This document shows, one piece after another, positions 81,918 to 97,500 of a DNA stretch of 124,000 nucleotides. The translations under genes and the position numbers were made by a program. This DNA comes from Octopus vulgaris (Eukaryota), in the NCBI GenBank assembly GCA_951406725.2, contig OX597823.1:26184001-26308000 (forward strand). The letters run 5' to 3'. How positions within the stretch are numbered: the stretch's first letter is position 1; each line of letters begins with the position of its first letter. The notes under the pieces were generated by a model. It saw only the letters and a program-made list of their open reading frames with translations. It had not been told where the DNA came from and ran no database searches.

Positions 81918-84900
81918 ATTTCACTTGTGCTGCTAATGGTCCTGAGAAAGGCATAAATATCATACACTATCACCTTTTACCTTCTCATATGTAACAAAAG
82001 AAATTGTGGCCTTGTGCCAAAGAAGGAAATCAAAAAAAAAAATTATAATTAAGCTTTTGTTGTTGTATATTTTATTGAGGTGGGGGGAGGAGAGTGATAA
82101 TGTTTTTAGGTGTCACTGTTCAGTTAAGCTAGTGCCTTTCTGCTTCTGGAACCTTGGGTAAGTTCCTTAAGCTAGGATACTTTTACAGCTAATCACTTGC
82201 TTGTGGCATTCCTGAACAATGGCCTTTTAGAAACTTTCTAAAAATACAATATTCTTCTCTTTAAGTTCTAATCACCAGCCCAATTACAAAACATCATGTC
82301 AGTGCCATTATTATTATTATTCATTTGTTAATTTCTTTGCTGCTTATGCTTGCCAGGGAAAATGGAGAACTTCTTCCACACTAAATCAGAGGAAAATATC
82401 TCAAATCACATGGGCTTCATTTTGAGATTATATTGTTCCTCTCTAATTTTATCTCACAACTCTGAAAGCCAGTGTTTCTACCCCACTGGTGCAATTATCT
82501 CTTATTCTCCTCTTTCAAGCTTTCAAAGGGCAGGGATACAAAATTTAGATGTCTTCACAAGTTTTCATGCAAATCTAGAAACCAATGTTTACTTTATCAG
82601 AAAACAATGTATTGTCTTGTTTTAGAATTTATTAAGTTTATGCTGAGATTTAAAGTATTTTTATGCAAATTTCATGGGCTGAACAATAAATAATAAATTC
82701 ATTTTTGATTGCAGAAATGATATTAATTTTTAAAAAAAATTATAAATAAATGAAAAAGAGAAAAAAAAACTAATAAAAATATTTTTGGCTTTATTTTATT
82801 CTAAGATTTTCTTTGGAGCATTTGTTGCACTTCTTAAACCAGAATAATTTTTTGGAAATTAATTTTGTAAATATAGTAGAAATATGATATTTTGTATTAT
82901 TATTATTATTATTAATAAGGTGGTGAGCTGGCAGAATCGTTAGCACACTAGGCAACGATACAGTTTTAGCACACTAGGCAATGATACAGTTACAGTTTTT
83001 TTAAATTCTCTCCTGAGTATACATTTCCACTTCCTTCTTGATATAACAACACATTAGGTGAAGATGGTTGTAGATTCATGACTGGATGTAGCAAATACAT
83101 TGATGGTTGTGAGGTGTTTTTTTTTTTAGTAGAAGTCAGTTTTTTTTATATTTTGATTTTAAGAACTCTTTATTTCATTGAACTTTCAAACATCTCTACA
83201 TTCTGGCTTACAGATTATAAATCAAGGCAGTTGCTTAGAAGTGCATTTTAACACCTCAGGTAGCAAGCTCTGTTTCTCTAATTTATTGAGACAAAATTAT
83301 CTGTTAAAATGTTAAACAGAAACTACAATCTTTGTATTAACCTGATGTCAAAAACAAAAAGGCATAAAATATTTACTACCTTTTATTTTCTTGACATTAT
83401 AATCTAATATTTTGATTGAGTATGTCTGCATAACAAAGTTACATTATGCTTAATAAAAGATTTTGAACCCTGCTGTGAAAATAATCTCTGTGGTGGAAAC
83501 ATAAGACCCTTATGAGCCAAGGATGACTGGGATTGATATAATCACTCGTTCCCTTCTCCGAAATTTGCAGTCTTATACCTATGTCAACAATGAATTAGTG
83601 TAACTCTCAAGAGATGTTTTCATCTGATTTGTGTAACTTGTAAACAAACTTTAATTCAATCTCAAATTGATTTGTTTCTGTTTCTTTATCTTTAGCTATT
83701 ATCATTGATCACACTGACATCCTTTATGAGGACCCTTCTTTTTTCATACTATTTTGAAGTTCTGAATCAGTTTCTTATAAAAATTAAAAAGTGATTAATC
83801 ATTCATTAATCACCTTTTACCTTACTTAGTATTGTTGTAATAATCTCTTCTAAACCAGAAAACCATCTAATAAGAGTGTAATGCTCTTTGAAACCCCTCT
83901 CATTAATGAGGATGTCCTGCTGTTTGGTTTTTGGCAGAGCATCTGCATCTGAAGATTCACCATCATCAAGATTATTAAAGTCATTCACCAACTCTGATAT
84001 CTTATAATTCAGTTAGTCAATATATAACTGTTAATGCTTTCTAAATCTATAAGGTGCATCAAGTTTCAGTGGTGTTTTACAAGAAATCGAGTTACCCATG
84101 TTAGTAATTATCTTAATTGTGTGGTGTTGACTCAGTCTAAACTTCCTGGTTATTGTTTAACTGTGGGGTCTGCTTTCACAGCAAAGTTAAAATATATTTA
84201 TTAAATATGTGATTCTATCTTTGTTTATAAATTTAATCTAAAATACATTGTCAGTACTCCAGGTAATATAACAGACACACACAATAAGAAACAGAGGATG
84301 ATGTATGTAATATTTTATTTACAAAGCTTAAGTTATTTGTGTTAGCTGAGTCTTTATACATGAAACTTGAATATCAAAATAAACTAATGAAATACTTATA
84401 GCATAAAGAATATATAATCTGAGTGTATGCACACACTTTGAAGTACATTTTTGGTATATAGAACCGATTCCATATACTACCATGCTTCCTTCCTCTTTTC
84501 TTGGTATATTTATATATTTCATTGTTAATTACCATTGCTTATAGATGTGATGGTGGTCAATAAAGTATTCTATGTACAGCTATTGAATCAGTCAACTGTA
84601 CCTTTCCATCGTAAATGTACTGTCTTGTATCACTGTAGGTGACCTTTATTGATATTACTTTAGAAATCATTATTACTATAGCAATTTAAAGTGGTTAGCT
84701 GGCAGAATTGCTAGTACGCTGGGCGAAATGCTTAGTGGTATTTCATCTGCGACTACGTTCTGAGTTCAAATTCTGCTGAGGTCAACTTTGCCTTTCATCC
84801 TTTCGGGGTCGATATGTTTGGAGTTGGGGTAAACTAAATTTACATCCTTTCAGGTTGGATAAGATGTGTCAGTCATGTCAATTTAATCAGTTCTCCACTA

Positions 84901-87900
84901 TCCCATCCCTTTTGGATGGTAAATTTAATCATTTGTTTGGTTTGCCCTCACCATCTGGATGATGTGTATCATTAGTGGAACCTATTTTGTTGCAAGAATT
85001 TAAGCTAGGCCCCTAATATAAGAGTAATATCCTTCCACCTGCTTTAGTGGTCCTGAGAAAAACCGTCTATGCTGGCTGACTCCTACAGTTCTTTTTTAAA
85101 AACCATGGTATTCCAGCAATAGTGGTAAGAACTCAATCAATCTAACTTAATTCCAGTTTCCATTCCAAATCACCTGAGTCTTCATTTATGTGAGCCCCAG
85201 GTTGGTTAATGTCCTTTTATTATTCTAATTTATTATTGAAAAGTCACGGAAAAAGTAACAGCATGTCTTGAAGAAGTGAAATCTTTATAGTCCACCACTC
85301 ATTCTTTTAATGTGCAGGAGTCAGTCAGATTTAACCCTTGTTTTTATTTTATTGCATTCAGCCCTGAGCACCACCTGTACTACACATAAACCTGCTTACA
85401 GTGTCATGTAAAAACCATAAACTACTTTTTAAAAAATTTTAGACATAGCAATCCTTTGTATTTCTGCAGTTTCAAAATACCTTTCATTATTATTATTATT
85501 ATTATCATTATTATTATTGGTAGATTAACTGGATTGTTAGAGTATTGGACAAATTGCTTTGCAGTAATTGATCTGGTTCTTTATATTCTGAGTTCAAATT
85601 CTACCAAGGTCAACTTTGCCTTTCCGTTCCCCAGCAGTAACATACTAGGGTTGATCTAATTGACCATACCCCCTCCTCTATGGTCTTGTGCCTCAGAAAT
85701 TATTATTAGGGCAGTGTCATATGGCAGAATCAGTAGCACTCCTGACAAAATACCTTTACATTCTAAGTTCATATCTTCCTAGATCAATTTAATTTCATGT
85801 ACCTAGCTCCAAATTTTGTAACTTTGTGCCATTGTAAGAAAATATTATACATTGTTTTTGTGGTCAGACTTTGTACCCCAACTAGACAATATGTAAATAC
85901 CCCAAGACTTCTTTAATTCTGGTATAGCTACCTCTGGTCAACTCATCATAACAACATACCTCTTTCTCATTTTATCATCCTATTTCCATTTCTAACTGGG
86001 TATGCTTTGTCTTATAAATATTTTCATTTGTTCTGTTTGCTTATTTATGGAATTACTTGTCTGTTTTAAACTTGCTGCTGTAATGAATTACCTCTTTCAA
86101 TTATTCATAATTCCTTTAAGAGATCTGATAAACAGAACACTTCTCTTATACCTGAGCAACTGCCTTGGCTGAAAAGGAAAATACTGTTGTACCTCAAACG
86201 CTAATCTGATAGAAATGCAAGGTACTGTTATAGTTCAAAAGTGAATCTAGTAGACAAGATACTGGTTTACCCAAACACTTGCCTTTGTACAAAAGTAAGC
86301 TGGCTTAGCACAGTACTGTTTTTTCTTTCATCTCGTTAGCCAACACTATTGATTCAGTCAGATGTAATTCTGATTCATCACAGTGCTAACAGTGTTATTA
86401 TGTAAATATGATAATTCCTACAGAAATATATATTTTGGAAAATTCGCTTTTGTTTGTTAGCTTGTAGTTTAATTCTAAAATCATTAATAGTGGTGATTAA
86501 ACCATTAATGCTTGTCGGGAACTCTGTTGTAAGACAATGCAGATTAAATTGACACACAATCGCCAACTCATTTGAATTTAGGTTCCACGTTTCTCTGTAT
86601 GGATTAATAAACGAGGCAAATAAAACTATAAAAATTCCTTTTAACTTTTGTAATTAATTAGTAGAACCTTAATTCCCATTTCTAAATAATGAATTCTTTG
86701 AAAACCTCTGAGGGTTTGGCCTTATGTGTTCATTCCCCAAACCACAAGAACTGGTAGCTAAATATACTTCTGAGTGTTTTCACAAAGACTGGGTTTTTAA
86801 TTTCACTTCTGCCACATTTTTGACAATCTTGTCTGTAAATTCCCTGTTGGCTTTTAACTACCATTTGCTTTCTGAGGGCAAAAATCAGAATTTTTATTTG
86901 TTCACAGAGCACGAATACATTGTAAGTTTTTCTTTTTAGTTCTTCCTGTAATTGAAATAACAAGTCAGTTTTTAAGTATAAACTATTTTTTTGCAATAGA
87001 AATTGTGAATTAATTTTACCTTCCATCTCCCCATCCTCTTCTTGGCAATGGCTCTCATCTCTTGAACACGTGTTCTTAGATGGCTTGCAATTCATTTTCA
87101 TACATACCCTCATACTGGATAAAACATTTCTACACTACTCCAAAACAAAATTAATACTTCTTAAATAATTAATTTCATTATGAAAAGTTATATTTTCTTA
87201 ATCATCTTCGTATAAAATGAATTCTGAAACTTTTTTAAATTTATAGACAAAAATATAAAAAAAAGCAATCAAAGGACTGCCAACTCAGATTAGATTGCCT
87301 GTGGTTAAATCTATTAAAAGTTTATCTTTATTTCAAAAACTGTAATTATCTCTGATTCTGTGCTCTACTAAAAAAAACTTCATAATTTATACAATTTAAC
87401 AAATGATATATTTTTAACATTGCTATTTTAATTGATTCAAATTTATTGTAAAATGTAAAAGAAATAAATATATTAATCTATGGAAATGAAGATCATTTAT
87501 GCAGTAGCTACTTCAGTGGAAAAAATCAAAATTAGCTATATTAGGGAAATTAAGAGATAGTGTTACTGAAAATGTGGCACAAACAAATCCAAAGACCCAG
87601 TCTTTGCTGGTACATTAGTACTACTAATAATAATATACATATTATATGCATGAATTTATAGTTGTTGTCTTTTGTATCGTTACATGTGTGTAATTATGTA
87701 TATTTATATTTTAATATTCTACAATATATTTGTTAAGAATATATTGCAATATAGTTGAGTTTTTCTTTTCAAGTGAGGCTGGTGCTGTCAGTGCTATAAC
87801 AATGACAGGTTTATGACCTTATCCTCTTCTCAAATATACTATGAACACAGGCTACTTTAGAAGGGTGGGCTGGGGCTAGGGGGCAATAGAGGCATACAAC

Positions 87901-90900
87901 TAAGTCCATCTATACTTGGGGGGATAGACAGTGACAGGATGGGTGAATGCTTGCAGCATACAGGATAATCTCTGACTGAACACTGCAGGTTTGATTTCTA
88001 GTCATAGTTATTTCATTTGCTCTGCTAATGCTTTTGGAAAAGCATGAACATCACAACTCCTAATTTCTCCCCTTTTATTTGATAAAAGCTGTATAACCCT
88101 TAACAGATACTTCAGCATAAAAAGGCCAATCAGTTTATTGTATCCCACTTCATTAATTATATAAGATTGTATACTTAATCTTGTATATTTCCCATTATTG
88201 CTTAGATAAAAAAAAAATGTTAATGTAAGAATTTCCTTGCAGTTCCTTTGAGAGTATTTGAAATATTTGTGTGTAATTAGCTGCTTTGAAGACTTCTGAA
88301 TGTGCTTGTCCTCCACCAGTTTACTGGGTACAGTTTTAGCTACACAAATCAGGCTACATCTTCACTCACACATCAGGTGAACTAGCAAGGGGCACTAGTA
88401 GCAAGTATTGTCAGCTATTTGCTCTGCTGACTATTGATCTTCCTACTCTGCCATCCACCTCACCATGATCATCCAGCAGATGATGCTTGGCTCTTGTTTG
88501 TCATCTGATTAGGATGCTCTGTTCTTTTGAAGTGATCTCAAAAAATTCCCTGCGAGATAGATAGCTAGAGAGAGAAGGGGATGAGAGTGAGAGAAAAAGT
88601 ACACTGCTGAATAAAAATGTTTTCTAAGCTGGAGTTTGTGTTACAAGCAAACCATTGCTTGCAGTCTCCAAGATCAATATTTCCAATGTTTTCCTGATGT
88701 GGCCATCAGCTATAGCAGTAGCTGAACTGAATGTCAGCTCCATTTCTTGCTACCGATGCTGCAATAGCAGTAGATACATCACTTACCTGACATCTTGCTT
88801 TTTCTCCCGTACTCCCACTTCCCTTCTTTATTCCAGACTATGCCACTGCTGTATTTCTCTCAACACTTTTGTCTCTTTCACAGCTGTTCTGTCAGCTGAA
88901 GATGTCTGTGATGTTCTTGTTAGTAAAACTTTTGTTTGTGTGTAGTTATGTTGTTTTTGTTTTCACTCTTTTGTGTTAATAATACTTATAGCATTACATA
89001 TGCTGAGGTATTTATATATTATACAGTAGAATGGTGTGTCTTTGCTAAGGTTTAATTCTCTTGTATTTGTGCTACTAATGGTGTTAGATATGCAGCAGTA
89101 TATATAGTAGAGTGGTGTGTCTTGCCTAAGGTTTAACTCTTTAGTATTCATAATACTAATGGTGTTATGTATGTATATATTTATAAAATGATGAACCGAA
89201 AGCAAGCACTTCACACACGTGATTTATTGGGGTGGGGGTGGCCAGTTCCTGCTGCAGAGGGTAACAGTGTCAACAAGATCCAGTATGACAGGTAGTTAGA
89301 TTTGGGCCAGTTTGAATGCCAAAGTATAATAAACCCCGACTGAAAGGGTAAAAAGTATTGCAGCAACATATTTATTTATAATTCCACATATTCTCTCTAA
89401 GTTGGTGGCCTATGTGAGGAAGTGTTAAATTCAGTGAGTGGCAAAGAAATGAGGTATGTTGGTATGCTGTGAGATATGTTAGATATTTCTTCTCAGTGCA
89501 TACTAACATACTTTTCCTTTTCTGTATTTTTTTTTTTTTTTCCTTATTCTAGTCAGACAAACGAAAGCATTTCCTCAAAATAACTGGAGGCTTGAAGCTG
89601 GGTGTTTTGCTTTTGTTCAGAAACAAATAGTTGCCCTTAGAAAATTGTATTGTCTACAACTTAAAACTGGTATCAGTAGGCTTTAAAAAGAAGAAAAAAT
89701 TCTTGTCCCACAAGATGTAAGAAATATGAATTGTGTACAAGTCAACATTTTAAGTTTTAAAAGAGAATATATAAAAAAAATAAACTTTCCCAAACCAGAT
89801 GCCGACCTGTTGGGTATAATACGTAATCTTTACCTCTGGCCTAAAAAAACTTGAATGTTGACTTAAAGTCACCTAATATATGTTCATTATTATATATATT
89901 CTTGTATTATAATATTTTATATTGTAGATTCCCATGTTTTTTTTTTTTTTAATTACTTTTTTCCTCATGATTATTTTATTTATTATTTTCTATTCTGAAA
90001 GAGCAGAACTCTTTACCTCTGGAGAAAAAAAGCGCATAAAAGCTCAGATCAGTAACTTAAAGGGCTTACCAAAGTTTTCTTTGTGGCCCACTACTTTGTC
90101 TTTGTGTTTGATGTATAATGTAATTGTGTAATTGTATACCCTGAATGTGTTCTAGCTAGTTCTCTATCCTATCCAATCCCTTTAACCAGAGAAAACAAAA
90201 TCTAATGGTGTTTGATCAGCTTGATTACATGTGGACACATGAGAATGAAATTTATGACACCTTCATCTGAAAAGTAAATAAAGTCTTTTTAAAATAATCT
90301 CTTTTTTCGTTATTTATTTTCTTTTATTTGGACTACTGTTCTCTGCACTTGCTTCTATATACATATCTAGCCTCAACTTCTAATGCCATCCTATAAAATG
90401 CATTCTAGTTCCAGTTTGAACGAGACTTTGATAACATTGCAGTTAAATTTGAAAACAAAAGTAGCAATTAATTTCATGATAATAAATTTTGTATAGGAAG
90501 TATGAAGCTACATTAGTATTGAATGCAGACGTGTAGAAGCTGGAGAGAAATTGAGATAAGCATGTGGTGGGTGTGTAATGTTAACTAGCTTAAAAGAGTG
90601 CTGCTTTCCTATATGAAAGTTTTAAAGGCATCAGTGTATGTATGTTGAAGAGGTGGTTGTACCTGTATGGACAAGTAAATTCACAATACTTGCTGGATGA
90701 AATAGTAGTTAAGAGTTATCTGTGACAGAAGACAGGAAGAAATACTGAGATCAGGTGACATTAACAATATGTTGCACTACTGATTTGGACGACTTGTGCC
90801 AGTCTGGTTGCACAGCTGTTAAAATGGTAATAAGGAGGATTTAGTCTAAATGTTATTACATTTTAATTCATTAACTGAAAATTTGAACTTACGCTTTAGT

Positions 90901-93366
90901 ACTATTGGTTTTTCTAATGTTTGATGTTCATTTAGTAATGTCTGCTAACAGTGTTAGTAGATATTACATATACTAACCGCTTTAGGCAATCATGTGAAGC
91001 AGTTACTTGACCTGCTAGAAATAGCAGCCATATCTTTCCAATCACAGGAAAGGAAAAAAGATCAAGTAGTTCTTAGGTACACTGAATCTGAAAAAGAGAC
91101 AGGATGGTCATAGATGGAGCAAACTGACATGGATCTAAACTAGGGTTTCTTAAAAAGAAGGTGGAAGCTGAGAGGATTGAAATGATGGCAGACAAATTGC
91201 CATCCTTAAGGAAATAGAGATTTTTAAAACTTGTCCAGCTTCACAGAAATATATTTGTTCTCCTAACAACTCTTCACTCTGTGTCCACTCACTAAAATGC
91301 ACTCCACCCATTTTAGTTTTGCAATCTTGTGGACTTACTCACCCTATCCAATCTTTGGTTCCACTTACATACACCTCACTGGAACTTGAATGCACCCCCA
91401 CTTCCGCATCACATCTTCACCATCTCTCTCCTCTCTTTCTTCCCCCTCTCTCCCCTACTGTGGTGGCCATGTATCGCCTTTACTGCAAGACACCTGTTTT
91501 TGTCCCTCTACTCATAGTCTCTCTAATCTCTCGTCACCTGGCACAAAGCTATTCCTCTCTCGGTTAAGAGGGTCTTGTCTTGTAAGTTATTTGGTGACCT
91601 CACTGCTGCTGGTGCCATGCAAAAAAAGCACCCAATACACTCTGCATAATGTTTGGTGTTCAGAAGGTCATTGAACCATACCAAAGCAGACCAGCTGGGT
91701 TTGGTGTAGACTTCTGACTTGTGAGCATAGAAAACAGGTAGTAAATGACAATTAGTAAAGAACGGAGTGGTATTCACTAATATTTTGTGAGTGAAATGTC
91801 AGCTTGAAAGCCATTGGTCTGCCCCACTTAGCATTCAGATTATTTAGTCAAAAGTATTGTTCATTTATCCACATTGTTTTGAATTCATCCTGCATTATCT
91901 TGTAGCTTAAAGATTTCAATGATGTAATCGTTTATTTTTAGAATGACATTGTAGGGTAAGTGTGAGAGACTGGATCTGGCCAGGTAGAGTATTTTACCTG
92001 CTTTTCAAGTCAGCGATCTCGTTCCACACAGCTTTGATGGTGCAAAGGAAGTGGATGATTTGTTGACAGAACTGATAACAACAATACATATATTGCAAAT
92101 TTTTAGAAGCAAGCAGAAATGTAGACAAATACACACGTGCATACAATATAACAGTCTTCTTTCAGTTTCTGTCTATCAATTCCACTCAAAGACTTTGGTC
92201 AGTTTGGGACTGACCAGAGGTGCTGTGCTGTGGAACTGAACCTGAAACCCCATGGTTAGAAGGCAGACTCTTTAACCACACAGCCATGCCTATGCCTGTA
92301 TATCATATATAGATGTGTATGTTCCTAATTGTAAGCCACAGTCATAAACCTAGGTGTCCAAAATTTTTGTTTGTGGGGTATATCTTTTAGTGGAGAAGGT
92401 CATTGACTGTGTGATTTTCTGATACTTTCTATAAGCCCAGGCAAAGCTGGGTGCTGCTGCTATATTTATAAAGTTGGATGCAGAACAACTATCAGATACA
92501 CAGAACAGCTAGTGCCTGCACACATGCACAGAAAATGGACCATTTTGACAAATACAAAGAACAGACATCACACACGTACACAGAGCAGCCATCAAAAACC
92601 AATAAAGAGTGGCTGGAGGGAGGCTGTGAGGAGAAATATAGCTAAATATAGAGAGGGTGATGTGACATTATAGTATTTAGGAAGTAGTGACAGTTTCAAG
92701 AAAATATCGGTGTGTGTTTGTGTATATATATATATATATATAATATATACATACATATATGGGTACAGGACATCAAAAAAAAAACGTCAAACACAATGAG
92801 AAACGAAAACATAAAATCAAAAACATGGAAACAAACTTTTTTTCAAACAACAAAAACAGAGTACAAGACATACAACACAAGGAATATTCCCCTTCTTCAG
92901 TTGTGCCTGTTTCGTCTACTCCGCGTTTCAAAGGTAAGGACAAGACGCGACTTTGTTGAAACAGTCCTTCCCGTAAAACAAATTAAATAAAATTTGGGAT
93001 TTTTGCGGAGGAGTAAAAGTGGTAACAAGAACAAGACAGTAAGAAGTAAACGACAGGACAAAGAGAATAACACAGTAAAAACAAACGACGAGTGCTGTTG
93101 AACCAAGATGATGGAAAAATATTTTATATAGGTTCTGAGAGGTAATGGTGTCATTGAGACCCAAAGGTGTCAGGTAATGCTGAATAAGTGCAATAGATGG
93201 ACTGCAGTTAAGTTCCAGGTTCGGTGATTATACAAATAAGGGGTTTAACATTGGTCATATGTCAGCGTGTGTATATAAAAATTCTATTTTGTAATGAGAT
93301 AAAGAACCAAGGCTGTGTAGATTTTAGAACATTTATAGATAGAATGTCTCTCTCTCTCTCTTTCTT

Positions 93367-93403
<37 letters not shown>

Positions 93404-94529
93404 ATATATATATATATATATAATATGAAGGTAGTCTTGCTTTCTCCTCAGTAATTTTGAAGTTCTAACCCCTAAAGAGGACATAAGGTTTGACAGCTGG
93501 AGGATAATAATTTCAAACCAGTTATGTTCCCTTCAAGTTTATAGTAAGAACCTTGTATTTTTTCTTAGTTGCATGATTACAGATATATAAACATTCTGAC
93601 TGCACTGAAGCTGAATGAAACTCCTCTAGTTTGGAACTGTGATATTTTTATTAGTCCTACATATTGTATTGCAGTATTATAACCACAACATTGTTATAGA
93701 GTTAAGTTGTAACTCAAGTAGAGTTACAACAAAGAAGTTTGTGATGGCGAGCTGGCAGAAACGTTAGCATGCCGGGTGAAATGCTTTGCGGTATTACATC
93801 TGCTGTTACATTCTGAGTTCAAATACTGCTGAGGTTGACTTTGCCTTTCATCCTTTTGGGTTTGATTTGTATTCCGCGATATATATATATATATATTATA
93901 TAAAATCCATTCTGTCTGTCTGTGTGTGTCTTCTAGGATCTTGGGCATCCTCCATCTGATTGCGCTCAAATTTGATATGTAGATACCAACAGTATCAGGG
94001 CGTGTATAAGTCTTGAAAAATTTACAAAAATCAATTTCAGGTGAGAATGGGAACGTGCATTTGTACGCGCAAGTACATCAGCTGTTGCAATTGATACTAT
94101 GCATACACAAGAAAAATGCATGTGCAGTTTGCGCAAAAAAAGCTGGCTGGCTTGAAATAATGCCACAAAATGGGATGGTCGGACAAGTTGTTTTGAAAAA
94201 ATTTGGTTTAGATGTTTGATAACTCAGCATCGTTCATTGGACGGGGGGTGTTTTGTTCGTATATATATATATATATACACATCACCCTGATCACCGTGAC
94301 CGACCAGGCTATCAGATGTTGCTACACATCGCTGGTCACAATGCACTTCACATTGTTTTAGCCTTCAAATGACGCCACCCTGCTGGCTAAGCGAGCAGGC
94401 CAATATATCAGCCGAAATTGTGAGGATGATCCGGTTCTTGACTGAAGATTGAAGGCTTCGAATGTCCCATCCATGTTTTTTGTATCGTCTTCTAAATGTT
94501 TTGTGTTCTTGTCCCAGTTTGTATTTTTT

Positions 94530-94579
<50 letters not shown>

Positions 94580-97500
94580 TACATGTATTTATGTGTTTGC
94601 TTACATCTGTGATGACTTGTATGAAAGTTACAGCAGATGGAATTATTGTCAGTTTTCCTGTGATCAAATCATCTGGTCACTGTGTCTTTAAAACAATGTG
94701 GAATAAGAGAGTCCTTATCTGAGTAAACAGGTGAATATCAGGCACAGCATCAGGCTGTAAAATAATACCTCAAATAACATAGTCGTCCAAATCATGGAAG
94801 CATAGCAAAATGGATGTAAAAGAAACAAATGACTAGTAAGAAGGGAGAAGAGTGAACAAATATAAAAATAATGATAATGATGATGATGACCACACACACA
94901 CATATACACACACTTTGTTGCCTGTGTCCGACTGACCTCTAATTATCTGACAATTCAAAAGGGAATATTTAATTATTTTTTAAAAAATTCCAGTTGCATT
95001 ATAATGGAAGGCAAGGTTTACGATATCGGGAGAATATCGCCTTCCTCCATTATTTCTTTTTGTTGTTCGTGTAGTTCTGGCTCCGGCAGGCGAAGCGAGT
95101 ACAAGTTTCACAGGAGAGGTAAAGTGTGCTGCTCTCAGCAACCATCTTTAGCTGTGTGCGTTATGTCGTAGCTCCATTAATGTGGGCCCATTGCCTCTGG
95201 ATGTACAACATACAGACAGGCCCAGCCAATGTAGTGCACTCAGCAAGCGCTGCAGCTAAGAGGCAGCAAAAGAAGAAGAATCTCAATCTGTTTTGCTCTT
95301 ACATACAGTTAGCCATTGCGAGCCTCGTTGTTATCTTGTGCATGGCAAATGGATGCAGGTGAGATTTTGCTCCAGTCTCGGAGATGGCAATAGCTGCTGT
95401 GAGATCCCATCCAATATGGCACTGACTGATTGTGCCACTACAGCCTCTCCGTATATTTACTCTTTATCTACTCAGTCTTACCTTGTCCTTATATCTCCTC
95501 AGTACTATCCACACCCCTCAGTGAGAAATTCTTTTTCCCGCCAGATGAAGAGACACACAAGAAATGTTTGGTTCATCCTCCCTTCATGGCATACAAACTT
95601 ATCCAAAATCATGAGCTCCTTTGAATAATTCTAATAGCATACTACCATTTCTCTCCCTCGCTTTTTCTTTCTATTTATTACTAAGAATTCTCCCCAACCA
95701 AAATATTTATTTCAGTATTTCCTCTTTTCTACTTTAAAAAGAAGAAAACTTTGATGAAGACCTTCATCAGTGTTGATGGCTGAGAAGTCACAGTGCCTGC
95801 AATAGATGTTTTGTTGTGTCTGACTATCTCAACCCACTAGCATAGCCAGGGTGTGTACCACCTAGGGCAGCCCTTCAGCTTGCTGCCTCTGGGCACTCAC
95901 AAAAAATATTGCTTACAGCAGACCCAAAAGTGGTGCCATCCAGGGCAGACCACCCACACACTCTGCTACCCTCTAGCTGTGCTAGTGTCTCAGCCTGCCT
96001 AAGCTCCATCTCAACTTCATGTTTTAGTTACAAATATTAGAAACAATAGACAAATACAGAAATGGCAGAGCAAAATCAAAAACTTGTTTTTAATTCTTTT
96101 GTTTGGCTAAAGAAAATAGCTTTCAATTTTTTTTTTTTATATTAGTCAAAGACAGGATCTGCCTGGTTAACTCAATACAGTTGACATTCAACATGAACTT
96201 CTGTAGGGCAAAGGTCAGTGTTCCCATTTAAATTTTGAAATAATGAATTCTTTTGTTGTTTGTTATCAAATTATCTTCACATTCAGATTATATAGAACAA
96301 TCTGTTTTAACTTCACAAGTCCCTAAAGTGTCATTAAAGAAACATTTGAATGGGATTTGTTGACACGGTTGCCAATAATGGGGTACAAAATCTTTAAGCG
96401 ACAAAATTTCTTATGATAAACCAGAAAAATCATTCAGGTAGACATTTAGCTCTCAGCTTTCATTCATGTTTCCTGGAGTGGGCTGAACTTAAGGCTAAAC
96501 TTACGAATTTGTTCAAAGAATTCTTTGCTTAGAAAAGCAATTTGGTCCTTTGATTAGAGAGCTGAACAAAAATGGAAATTTTGTGGTTCACTTTTAAACT
96601 TGTACTAGGTTATACAACGAAGCATAACTGATTTCTCTCTCTCTCTCTCTCTATTTCTCTCCCTCCATCCCCCTCTCTCTCTTTCCCTCCCCCTCACACA
96701 CACACACAATACTTTTGAATTCTGGTGTTAAAAAAATACCTTTGCTCTAACTTGACTACAATTGAAAAAAGACTAAAGAGGAACTAACAAAATGGTATTT
96801 CGAGGAATATTAGCAGATGAAATACAAAGACCATGCTTTGGTAACACAATAGTGTTAATAAAGATTTCAAATGTAGGCACAACTACACTTTAAGAGAAGG
96901 TTTGGGTAATTATATTAACCCCAGTATTTAACTGGTATTTATTCTATTGACCACAGCAGAACCAATATCCTAAAACCACCTTATCAATTCATATTCATGA
97001 AAAGCTCTGCTCTGTCAACTTTCTCCCCCCCCCCCCCATCCACATTTCATCCCAAACACCCACCGCTTCCTCTATCACCTGAAAGCAGAATAGGCACATA
97101 CTACACCTGCTAGCTTTCTTAGTTACTGCTGCTGCCTCCCAGTTACCTTTCTTCCTTCACCTACTGTCTCCATCAATCACCTCCTCTCTGTGTTGTTTTC
97201 TGTTGCCAACTCCTGGCTTACCTGTTCCCACCCTCAATGCCCTCTCATATCTAATGTAAACCCTGCTCCCTGCCCACCAGTCTCTCCTATATTTCTCTCT
97301 TTCATTTGCTGCAGTCTTCTCAATCCTCCCCACTCACCCAACCCAATCCTCTCACTACCCCCAATGTCCCTCAAGGGCATATCCTAACACAGCCATCATC
97401 TCTCTCTCACTATCACTCTCCAACTCACTCTCCTTTCTACTCTGCAGCAAAACACCTATATCTATCCCCTCTATCCCTTAAATCCCTCACAACTGGCAAA

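Noticed and set aside
88760-88800. Minus-strand GTAAGT donor suggesting a second gene
   Set aside because: No convincing open exon or acceptor lies upstream, and no partner exons were found.
92870-92945. GAAAC and CTGAAGA boxes on the minus strand of family B (similar boxes in family A at ~3070-3115 and family C at ~94410-94450)
   Set aside because: The boxes are in type II order, but I could not build consistent stems I, II and III with a UH site, so these are not called hammerheads.
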